Part shown: one piece after another, positions 1 through 7,960 of the stretch
Layout: the number at the start of each line of letters is the position of its first letter
How positions within the stretch are numbered: the stretch's first letter is position 1
From: Candidatus Bathyarchaeia archaeon
GTDB taxonomy: Archaea; Thermoproteota; Bathyarchaeia; 40CM-2-53-6
Length of the DNA stretch: 64,000 nucleotides
Reading direction: 5' to 3'
Assembly: GCA_049513715.1 (NCBI GenBank)
Contig: JBEKVV010000001.1
Coordinates: 704,001-768,000, forward strand
Translations under genes and position numbers: made by a program
The notes under the pieces: generated by a model
What the model saw: only the letters and a program-made list of their open reading frames with translations
Told to the model about the DNA's origin: nothing
The model's database searches: none

Positions 1-117
1 GGCGATTGGCGCTCCCATCTCAAGCTACCTATTTCCTTCGAACGAAGTTAAGTAGCAACTGCCAATAGGCAATAATGAAGGTTTGTGACGATTTCTTGAA
101 CTATAATTGACTATGCA

Positions 118-294
118 CTATCCTACGGTCTCGTGGGCAAGTCTCTGCAAGAGCTCATCTAAGACTTGAAGCACAATCTCCAGGGTGACCCGAGGATTCG
201 AATAGCGGGTATGAAGCGCGATCTCTAACCGTTTCCGACTGCCCTCTAACCATTCGCGGCTTAGCTGTTTTCTGAGCATTACGGTCGATTCCAA
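118..294 (-). CDS. small hypothetical protein (58 aa, helical)
   Basis: Manual translation from TTG (alternative ATG at 279): MESTVMLRKQLSREWLEGSRKRLEIALHTRYSNPRVTLEIVLQVLDELLQRLAHETVG; tightly packed with neighbouring small minus-strand ORFs. Confidence 0.45.
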   Translation of the reverse strand: MESTVMLRKQLSREWLEGSRKRLEIALHTRYSNPRVTLEIVLQVLDELLQRLAHETVG

Positions 295-314
295 CCTTAA
301 CCCTTACCCTAGGT

Positions 315-416
315 CTACCTGTTGGTCTCGTATCCGCAGCTTAAACAGCGAAACTGGGTTCTTGCCAGTGGTCCCGTGTTCTCTCGCATCGTTGCACGGC
401 AACTTGGACACTTCAA
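315..416 (-). CDS. zinc-ribbon microprotein (33 aa)
   Basis: Manual translation MKCPSCRATMRENTGPLARTQFRCLSCGYETNR; CPxC...CxxCG pattern; TTG start 1 nt after the stop of the upstream ORF. Confidence 0.6.
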   Translation of the reverse strand: MKCPSCRATMRENTGPLARTQFRCLSCGYETNR

Positions 417-417
417 C

Positions 418-648
418 CTAACCCTTACCGCCCTTCTTGCTCATTGTGATCTGGTGGTCATTCAGCCCAATTACTAGGGTGTCTCCGTCCTCGATTTTGA
501 GGGCTCGCGTTATCGGTGCGGGTATCAGTTTTCGCTCATAACTTATACCCGCAAGTGGCGCATATTTCTGGCACATTACCTTGTGGGTAACGATTGCCAC
601 ACGTTTTGCATACGTGGTAGTGGGATAGTAGTAGCTTGAGACGCGCAT
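418..648 (-). CDS. AbrB/MazE/SpoVT-like DNA-binding protein, possibly internally deleted; true start uncertain
   Basis: C-terminal IPAPITRALKIEDGDTLVIGLNDHQITMSK matches the AbrB pattern; YERKL joins IPAP directly without the usual beta-hairpin. Confidence 0.5.
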   Translation of the reverse strand: MRVSSYYYPTTTYAKRVAIVTHKVMCQKYAPLAGISYERKLIPAPITRALKIEDGDTLVIGLNDHQITMSKKGGKG

Positions 649-724
649 GACATAGTAGTAGCTTGGGAAGCGTGTGACCTAGTTCACGTATTGTGATGAG
701 AGATTGGCGGATGGTTTTATCCAA
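536..724 (-). CDS. small CxxC..CxxC zinc-finger protein
   Basis: HVCKTCGNRYPQGNVPEICATCGYKL; overlaps the AbrB-like frame. Confidence 0.45.
   Translation of the reverse strand: MDKTIRQSLITIRELGHTLPKLLLCHARLKLLLSHYHVCKTCGNRYPQGNVPEICATCGYKL
625..665. repeat. 14-bp direct repeat ATAGTAGTAGCTTG (625-638, 652-665)
   Basis: Exact duplication with a 27-bp period. Confidence 0.8.
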
Positions 725-959
725 ATGTACTCTTCACTCAACAAAAAATACGAGGCGATTTACAGTTAAATCTACCGACTTCGCCCACTTGGCCGCAGTC
801 GCTGCATGTAAATTCACCCATTTCATTCACCTCTGTTTTTGCCTAGTGTGAAGGCTAGCCCCCGACCAAATTGGCAAGAAAACGGGGAACGTCATTGCCT
901 GCCTTGAGGATTGGCTTAAATTCCAGGCCGGGAGGCAGGGAAACAAAGCTGGGTCTTGT

Positions 960-2108
960 TTGAGGGACGTTGCAATCGTCGGCGTTGGCGTAACGCAATT
1001 GAGGCCTTCAACGCCCGAGGTTTCATACAAGGAACTGATTTTCGAGGCAGCTGTGAAAGCGTACGAAGATGCTGGTCTTGATCCACGGCGTGATGTTCAG
1101 AGCTTTGTGTGCTCATCTGAGGATTTCTTGGAGGGAACAAGCATCTTTGACGAATATGTGCCCGATCAATTGGGCGCGGTTCAGAAGCCAGTGTGCACGA
1201 TTTCCGCGGATGGAATGTTCAGTTTGGCAACGGGCTACATGCAAATACTGACGGGTTTGTTCGACATTGTTGCCATTGAGGCCCACAGCAAGGCTTCCGA
1301 TATCGTAAACCTCTCCCCAATCTACGATCTTGCTCTTGATCCAATCTACACGCGGCCGTTAGGCGTAAACGCATCATTCGTTGCGGGCTTAGAAATGAAC
1401 AAATTCCTTCATTCAAGCGGAGCTGAGTTGAAACACTGCGAAGCCGTTGTTTCAAAGAACAGGCGAAATGCTCTCTCAAACCCCTTGGCCATGAACGGTG
1501 CTAGCGTAGACGAACCGGATGCTGGCGCTGAATACATCTCGTACCCGCTTTCTGTCAGCGATATCGCGCCTGTGGCGGATGGAGCCGCGGTCGTTGTTCT
1601 TGCATCCGGGGAGGTCGCGAGAAGACTACGTGACGACCCCATTTGGGTGAATGGAGTTGGTTGGGCGTCAGACAGCCCAACACTTGAAACGAGAGAGTGG
1701 ACGGAAGCGAACTATGCGAAAATCGCCGCCAAACACGCCTACAAGCGGGCGGGCATACGTGATCCCTCAAAGGACATTCAATTAGCTGAGATCGATGATA
1801 CTTACTCATACAAGGAACTGCAGCACGCAGAAGCGTTAGGGTTGAACGGGACCGGAAAGGTGCATCAATTGTTGGAGCAGGGTGTTTTCGATGCCGACGG
1901 GAGCCTTCCAATCAATCCTTCAGGAGGGAGCATAGGCATGGGGCATACTCTGGAGATGAGCGGACTCGTCAGAACCATTGAGCTGGCGCAGCAACTTCGC
2001 GGTCAAGCAGCAGCGCATCAAATTCATGGCGTGCAAACAGGTGTAGCACAGTGTTGGAGGGGCATCCCCACAACAACAGGGGCAGTAATAATCCTGAGCA
2101 ACAGGTGA
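960..2108 (+). CDS. thiolase-like (SCP2-type) protein, subunit 1
   Basis: VAIVGVG start, DGAAVVVLAS, AEIDD, INPSGG motifs; catalytic Cys position reads ISADG. Confidence 0.9.
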   Translation: MRDVAIVGVGVTQLRPSTPEVSYKELIFEAAVKAYEDAGLDPRRDVQSFVCSSEDFLEGTSIFDEYVPDQLGAVQKPVCTISADGMFSLATGYMQILTGLFDIVAIEAHSKASDIVNLSPIYDLALDPIYTRPLGVNASFVAGLEMNKFLHSSGAELKHCEAVVSKNRRNALSNPLAMNGASVDEPDAGAEYISYPLSVSDIAPVADGAAVVVLASGEVARRLRDDPIWVNGVGWASDSPTLETREWTEANYAKIAAKHAYKRAGIRDPSKDIQLAEIDDTYSYKELQHAEALGLNGTGKVHQLLEQGVFDADGSLPINPSGGSIGMGHTLEMSGLVRTIELAQQLRGQAAAHQIHGVQTGVAQCWRGIPTTTGAVIILSNR

Positions 2109-3280
2109 AAGCCTTGCACATAAAGAGACGAGTTGCAGTAGTCGGCGCTGGCATGACGAAATTCATGAGAAGGGCGCAAGAGACAGGCAAGGAACTCTCA
2201 TTTGAAGCCGTCCGCCGCGCATTGGATTCCTGCAATATGCGAATAGAAGACATAGAATCAGTAGCCATGGGAACCGGACCAGACGCCTTCGACGGCATCC
2301 ACATGAAGGGAGAATACCTGCTTGACGGGGCGGGAGGCTGGGGAAAACCATACTCACGCAACTTCGTAGGTGGCGGAACAGGTGTCTTCAGCCCCATTCA
2401 CGGTTGGCTCCACGTAGCCTCCGGCCTATACGACACATGCCTCGTCGTAGCTGAAGAAAAAATGTCAAGCTGCCTGCCACACCCTCAGGCCGCGTTCCTC
2501 ACCATATTCGACAATATGATTGAAAGACAATTGGGCCCCAACTTGATTTGGATTTTTGCGTTGGAGATGCAGCGCTACATGCACAAGTACAACATTCCGA
2601 AAGAACAGATCGCCCAAGTGGCAGTGAAGAACAAGCGGAACGCCCTCGACCACCCATCGGCGCAAATTGCCAAGGCAGTCACGCTCCAAGACATAATGGA
2701 TTCCGAAGTTTTGGCGTGGCCTGTCCAACGCTTGGACATAAGTCCCGTTAGCGATGGGGCAGCCGCCATAGTCCTGGCATCGGAGGAAGTTGCACGTAAG
2801 ATCACCGACTCGCCAGTCTGGATTGACGGAGTGGGTTGGAACCTAGATACAACATATTGGGCAAACAGGGATCTTTACTTTCCCCGATACGTAGCGAACG
2901 CCGCTCGCATGGCGTACGAGATGGCTGGCATTCACAACCCACGCAAAGAAATCGACTTCGCCGAACCTTACGATCCCTTCGACTACAAGGAACTTCACCA
3001 CATGGAAGGTTTGCTCCTATGCAGAAAGGGCGAAGCCCCTAAGCTCACAGCAGAAGGGGTGACCGAGAGAGACGGAAAACTACCGATATGCCCCTCAGGC
3101 GGTCTACTTGGAGTCGGGAACCCAATTGGTGCAGCCGGAATGATGAAGATTTGCGAACTGTTCTGGCAACTACGTGGAGAAGCAGGAAAACGGCAAGTCG
3201 CAGGCGATCCTCGAACAGCGGTGGCACAGGCATGGGGCGATTTGATGCAGATTGGGACAGTAGTAGTGATGCGTTCATAG
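2105..3280 (+). CDS. thiolase-like (SCP2-type) protein, subunit 2
   Basis: VAVVGAGMTKF, SDGAAAIVLAS, CPSGGLLGVGNPIGAAG; GTGA overlap with the previous stop. Confidence 0.9.
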   Translation: MKALHIKRRVAVVGAGMTKFMRRAQETGKELSFEAVRRALDSCNMRIEDIESVAMGTGPDAFDGIHMKGEYLLDGAGGWGKPYSRNFVGGGTGVFSPIHGWLHVASGLYDTCLVVAEEKMSSCLPHPQAAFLTIFDNMIERQLGPNLIWIFALEMQRYMHKYNIPKEQIAQVAVKNKRNALDHPSAQIAKAVTLQDIMDSEVLAWPVQRLDISPVSDGAAAIVLASEEVARKITDSPVWIDGVGWNLDTTYWANRDLYFPRYVANAARMAYEMAGIHNPRKEIDFAEPYDPFDYKELHHMEGLLLCRKGEAPKLTAEGVTERDGKLPICPSGGLLGVGNPIGAAGMMKICELFWQLRGEAGKRQVAGDPRTAVAQAWGDLMQIGTVVVMRS

Positions 3281-3293
3281 GAGGCAAAGTGAC

Positions 3294-3806
3294 TTGAGTA
3301 AAGAAGCCCTCACGAATCCTCCCGGCAATCCCTTGAAAGAGGAAGACATTGAACGCCAAAAAGTGCTCTCCGTAATCTACCATCCCAAAGCAAAGTATTC
3401 ATGGGCGGCTGGAATCGCGGTAGGCCGATTCCTATCGGATCTGAAGCTTGGCAAGATCACAGGGAGCAAGTGCCAGCATTGTGGCAGAATAGTAGTCCCT
3501 CCCAGGATTTTCTGCGAACTCTGCTTCAAACCAAGCGCCGGCTGGGTCTCCCTACCTGATACGGGCGTTGTGAACACTTACTCAATTTCCTACATTACGG
3601 CAGACACAACAAGGGTCAAGGAACCCATAATCCCTGCCGTAATTGAGATTGATGACACCTCAAACGCTGGGTTCCTTCATTTACTGGGCGAAGTGAAACC
3701 AAATGACGTTAGAATAGGCATGAGAGTAAAAGCTGTCTGGGCAGACCCATCAAAGCGAACAGGTTCTATCACGGACATCAAGTACTTTGCCCCCGCGAGG
3801 AAGTAA
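3294..3806 (+). CDS. DUF35 Zn-ribbon/OB-fold protein
   Basis: CQHCG..VPPR.FCELC and IGMRVKAVW..RTGSITDIKYF. Confidence 0.9.
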   Translation: MSKEALTNPPGNPLKEEDIERQKVLSVIYHPKAKYSWAAGIAVGRFLSDLKLGKITGSKCQHCGRIVVPPRIFCELCFKPSAGWVSLPDTGVVNTYSISYITADTTRVKEPIIPAVIEIDDTSNAGFLHLLGEVKPNDVRIGMRVKAVWADPSKRTGSITDIKYFAPARK

Positions 3807-3808
3807 TT

Positions 3809-4252
3809 GTGATGATTCCGGAATCGATCAGAGTTGAAGGAGACTTTCCGGTCTATTTCCGCTACACTGTGGGAGTGGCAGCAGAGAGATTCTTCCGCGA
3901 AATCAAAGACAATGGCCGCCTAGTTGCGAGTCGCTGCGTGAAATGCAACCTAAACTATCTGCCTCCCCGCATGTACTGCGAACGTTGCATGTCAAAGTTG
4001 GATGAATATGTTCCAGTTGAGAGCGCAGGGACCGTGTACACTTGCACCACGTGCAGAAAAGACCCTGAAGGAAATGACCTCCTGCATCCCATATCCATTG
4101 CTCTTGTCCGCTTTCCCTCAGCTCATGGGGGGATTGTACACAAGACCAAGACGCAAGTGGAGATCGGCGACAACGTACGTGCGGTATTCAAGGAGAAATC
4201 AAAGAGAACTGGATCCATATTAGACATCGAATACTTTGAAAAGAAAGAATAG
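3809..4252 (+). CDS. DUF35 Zn-ribbon/OB-fold protein
   Basis: CVKC..YLPPRMYCERC and RTGSILDIEYF. Confidence 0.9.
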   Translation: MMIPESIRVEGDFPVYFRYTVGVAAERFFREIKDNGRLVASRCVKCNLNYLPPRMYCERCMSKLDEYVPVESAGTVYTCTTCRKDPEGNDLLHPISIALVRFPSAHGGIVHKTKTQVEIGDNVRAVFKEKSKRTGSILDIEYFEKKE

Positions 4253-4253
4253 G

Positions 4254-4693
4254 TCATTCCCGGCGCTCTTTCTTCACGCGCCCAGTGATGTGGTCAACGA
4301 TAGTCTTCAGCGATGTGCCGGGCCCGAAGTTCCCTGTAATCCCCAACTTCTCAAGTTTCGGTTTGTCCTCTTCGGGTATGATTCCGCCACCTACTAGCAA
4401 GATGTCGTGAGCGTTGTTCTCTTTGAGAGCCTTTGCTACCTTTGGGAAAGCAGTCATGTGGGCACCATTCAATAGACTCATGGCGACCACGTCGACGTCC
4501 TCGTCTATCGCCATTTGCGCGACTTGCTCGGGGCTAGCTAGTAACCCCGCGTATATTACTTCCATCCCTGCATCCCTGAGTGCCCTACACAGCACCAGAG
4601 CGCCCCTGTCGTGCCCGTTTGGCCGTTTTCTTACGCAAGCCCGGGCTTAGCGACGAGCACTCTAATTCTGTGTTGTTGTGACGTTTTGCTCAT
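4254..4693 (-). CDS. acyl-CoA mutase small (cobalamin-binding) subunit, intron-containing: exons 4693-4636 and 4618-4254, 140 aa after splicing
   Basis: Exon 1 gives MSKTSQQHRIRVLVAKPGL plus one G; exon 2 begins AC GGG CAC GAC AGG GGC; the join restores KPGLDGHDRGA...RDAGMEVIY...SLLNGAH...GGGIIP. Confidence 0.92.
4619..4635 (-). other. 17-nt bulge-helix-bulge intron in mRNA (CGTAAGAAAACGGCCAA)
   Basis: hBHBh': exon helix GCCCG/CGGGC, central helix GGCU/GGCC, bulges UG|C and AA|A, intron helix GU/AC; canonical cut sites restore both frame and motif. Confidence 0.88.
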
Positions 4694-4726
4694 CGTCTTT
4701 GTTACTGAAATCTCCCGAACCTCCTC

Positions 4727-6487
4727 CTAGAATATTGATGGTTCCTTCCAATCGCCAAAAACCTCTCTTCCCACATCGATAATCTCTCCCAACGTGGCAT
4801 ATGATTTCACCGCTTTAAGCATTGGATAAATACAGTTAGAGTCCGGGTTCATGAAAGACCGTCTCAACTCTGCCAAGGCCTCTTTTACGGCCGTGGCGTC
4901 CCGACTCTTCCTCACTTCCTGCAAGCGTTCAATTTGCCTTGTTCTAGCTTTCTCTTCGATCCGCAAGGTCTTGATTGGGGAAGGCGCGTCCATTTTGTAG
5001 GCGTTAACACCGACGATCGTTCGTTTCTTGTCTTCCATTTCCCTTTGATATCTATAGGCAGTGTCAGCAATTTCTCTCTGTATGAATCCCGTCTTCAACG
5101 CAGCGAGAATACCGCCGAGTTCATCGATCTTAGCGAGATACTCGTACGTACGCTGTTCCATTTCATCGGTCAACCATTCCACATAATAAGCGCCGCCCAG
5201 GGGATCGATGACATCAGCCGCCCCAGTTTCCTCAGCCATTATCTGTTGAGTCCTGAGAGCTATCAACGCGGCTTCCTGAGTGGGCAGCGCCCAAGCTTCG
5301 TCGTACGAATTAGTGTGAAGTGATTGCGTGCCCCCCAGTATCGCGGCCAACGCTTCCACAGCTGTTCTGACAATGTTGTTAAGTGGTTGTTGCCAAGTCA
5401 AAGACGCGCCCGAGGTCTGCGTGTGAAATCGCATTAAGAGCGACCTCGGGTTCTTGGCACGGTATTTCTCTCTAAGAACTGTGCTCCAGATTCTGCGGGC
5501 CGCTCTGAATTTCGCTACTTCTTCAAAAAAGTCCATACCACAGTTGAAAAAGAAGGAGAGGCGCGGAGCAAAATCATCCACCTTCAATCCTGCTTCCAAC
5601 CCTAAGTCAATGTATGCGAACCCATCTGCCAGCGTAAACGCCAGTTCTTGGAGGGCGCTGGAGCCAGCCTCACGTATATGATAGCCGCTCACGCTGATGT
5701 AATTCCATAATGGCAGGTGTTTGGTTGAGTAAAGCATCATGTCTCGAATTATGCGAAGATGTGCTTCCGGAGGATACACCCACTCCTTCTGTGCCGCATA
5801 TTCTTTCAGAATATCAGTCTGCACAGTTCCACGCAGCCTGGCGGGTGAAATTCCATTTCTCTCCGCAACCGCAACATACATGCAAGTGAGAACAGATGCT
5901 GGAGCGTTAATGGTCATGGATGTGCTGACTTCATCCAGTGGAACCCCGTCAAGGATGACTTCCATGTCCTTCAAAGATGAAACCGAAACACCGCATTTTC
6001 CGACTTCGCCTTCGGCCCTCTGATGGTCAGCATCTACCCCGTACAGAGTTGGCATGTCGAATGCTATACTGAGACCCGTCTCTCCCTCCTTCAACAAATA
6101 CTTGAGACGCGCGTTAGTGTCTTCCGGAGTCCCGTAGCCGGAAAACATCCGCATGGTCCAAAGTCGGCCTCGATACATCGTCGGGTACACCCCCCGGGTG
6201 TATGGGTATTCACCGGGCATCCCCAATAGCGCTGAATAGTCATTGGATGCAACATCTGTCGGCGTATAGACCCGTTTTACGGCTATGCCTGAGGGATTTG
6301 TGACCTCGATTTTTCGCTCTTTGGATTTTGATGTCCACTTCCTAACTGTAGTGTTCTCCCATTGCTTAGCTCGTTTCGCAAGAAGACGCAGTTGTTTGGA
6401 ATTGTGGAGGCCCGCGTCCTTTCTTCGGGCATTCGAGATCTCCACCAGTTTCATTGCCCAGAAATTCCTCGATTTTCTAGATGACAT
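4727..6487 (-). CDS. B12-dependent acyl-CoA mutase large subunit with isobutyryl-CoA mutase-type signature
   Basis: PGEYPYTRGVYPTMYRGRLWTMRMFSG, DILKEYAAQKEW, SGYHIREAG, GGTQSLHTN. Confidence 0.92.
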   Translation of the reverse strand: MSSRKSRNFWAMKLVEISNARRKDAGLHNSKQLRLLAKRAKQWENTTVRKWTSKSKERKIEVTNPSGIAVKRVYTPTDVASNDYSALLGMPGEYPYTRGVYPTMYRGRLWTMRMFSGYGTPEDTNARLKYLLKEGETGLSIAFDMPTLYGVDADHQRAEGEVGKCGVSVSSLKDMEVILDGVPLDEVSTSMTINAPASVLTCMYVAVAERNGISPARLRGTVQTDILKEYAAQKEWVYPPEAHLRIIRDMMLYSTKHLPLWNYISVSGYHIREAGSSALQELAFTLADGFAYIDLGLEAGLKVDDFAPRLSFFFNCGMDFFEEVAKFRAARRIWSTVLREKYRAKNPRSLLMRFHTQTSGASLTWQQPLNNIVRTAVEALAAILGGTQSLHTNSYDEAWALPTQEAALIALRTQQIMAEETGAADVIDPLGGAYYVEWLTDEMEQRTYEYLAKIDELGGILAALKTGFIQREIADTAYRYQREMEDKKRTIVGVNAYKMDAPSPIKTLRIEEKARTRQIERLQEVRKSRDATAVKEALAELRRSFMNPDSNCIYPMLKAVKSYATLGEIIDVGREVFGDWKEPSIF

Positions 6488-6716
6488 GTGAAATCACGGT
6501 AAGATTGAAGGAGCTTCACGGAAGGCGACTATTTTTCTTTTGGGTAAGCTCAGTTACTTGCCACTCCATGCTCGAACTGGGCAACGCTATGGATGGTCTA
6601 ATTCGATCAACGAGTGTAGGACCGACAACAACCTAGATAAGCGAAGTCATAAAGGGAGCTTCGACGAGTCACGTCCAAACTTTAGAGTATAGCTAAGTCA
6701 TCAGGAGTCATGGTCC

Positions 6717-7682
6717 GTGCCTAAGGCTGAACCAATGCTAGGAGAAATGGTTCGGAAAGCCTTGCGAGGTGAGCGCCGCGCAATTTCCAGGCTAATGTCA
6801 ATCGCTGAAAACGACCCAAGCTCGCGAATTAGGATACTCTCACTTCTATACTGGCGTACGGGTAGAGCGCACATAATCGGAATTACGGGGCCACCAGGTT
6901 GTGGTAAGAGCACTCTGATTGCACAGCTCGCCAAAAGCTACAGTGCGAATGGGTCGACCGTGGGGATCGTTGCGGTTGATCCATCCAGCCAGATAACGGG
7001 AGGAGCTTTGCTTGGCGACCGAATTCGTATGACTGACCTAGCCTGTGACCCTAAGGTCTACATCAGGAGCATGGCTACCAGAGGACACTTCGGTGGCATC
7101 GCTCGCGCAACCGAAGACGCAGTTCGGATACTGGACGCGTCCGCGAAGGATTACATTGTAGTAGAAACCGCTGGAGCGGGCCAATCAGATGTAGACGTCA
7201 AGAGTCTGGCGCACACAACAATCGTCGTCACTGCTCCAGGTTTGGGTGATGAAATACAGGCGCTTAAGGCCGGAATCATGGAGATCGGGGACATTTTCGT
7301 CGTTAACAAAGCCGACAAGGAGAACGCGGACCGAACAGCCCAAGAGATACATTCAATGGTTATGATGACAGAGCCATCAAACGGATGGAGACCTCGGGTT
7401 ATCAAAACTACGGCGTCTTCTGGTGAAGGCTTGGTCGCCCTGATTGAAGCAATCTCTCAACACGCAGAACTCGTAAGAGGTTCTGCGCGAAAGGAAGAGC
7501 AGGAGAACCAGCGATTGCAACGCGACGTTCTCGAAGCCGCAAAGCGGTATTTCGAAGACGTCACATTGCAGAAAATAACATCTACGCGAAGTTTTGATAG
7601 AGTGATGTCTCAAGTTTTAGCTCGAAAATTGGACCCATACACAGCAGCCCGCCGACTTGTTTCGGGACTCTGCAAGGACTAA
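6717..7682 (+). CDS. meaB: MeaB/ArgK GTPase chaperone of the acyl-CoA mutase
   Basis: GITGPPGCGKST, AVDPSS..GGALLGDRIRM, VETAGAGQS, NKAD. Confidence 0.95.
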   Translation: MPKAEPMLGEMVRKALRGERRAISRLMSIAENDPSSRIRILSLLYWRTGRAHIIGITGPPGCGKSTLIAQLAKSYSANGSTVGIVAVDPSSQITGGALLGDRIRMTDLACDPKVYIRSMATRGHFGGIARATEDAVRILDASAKDYIVVETAGAGQSDVDVKSLAHTTIVVTAPGLGDEIQALKAGIMEIGDIFVVNKADKENADRTAQEIHSMVMMTEPSNGWRPRVIKTTASSGEGLVALIEAISQHAELVRGSARKEEQENQRLQRDVLEAAKRYFEDVTLQKITSTRSFDRVMSQVLARKLDPYTAARRLVSGLCKD

Positions 7683-7835
7683 TATCGAAGACAAGTGACG
7701 AGTCTCTGTTTAGAAAAGTGTAACGAAAGGCCCTTTATCCTTCAAATCTCTATACGAGAAATAGCTAAAATGTCAAAATCGCAGCAAATCGTTAAGAGCA
7801 CAATCTTAGCGAATACTATTCGGGAGTGTGCTGCT

Positions 7836-7889
7836 ATGGAAGATAATCAGGACGAAGCGCCTTTCTGGGATCCCCCTCGCCCGTGGTAA
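7836..7889 (+). CDS. candidate micropeptide MEDNQDEAPFWDPPRPW
   Basis: GGAGTG upstream of the ATG; pyrimidine/T-rich tract at about 7918-7942 downstream. Confidence 0.25.
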   Translation: MEDNQDEAPFWDPPRPW

Positions 7890-7960
7890 ACGGCTGACCT
7901 CGCGTGGAACGATCCCCCCTTCCTTTTCTTTTCTGTTTTCTTCGCAAACCGGTTTTACCC

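Noticed and set aside
4596..4693. Reading the mutase small subunit as a simple frameshifted pseudogene
   Set aside because: The insert is bounded by a complete BHB whose canonical cut sites restore the exact motif, both exons are intact, and the partner genes are intact
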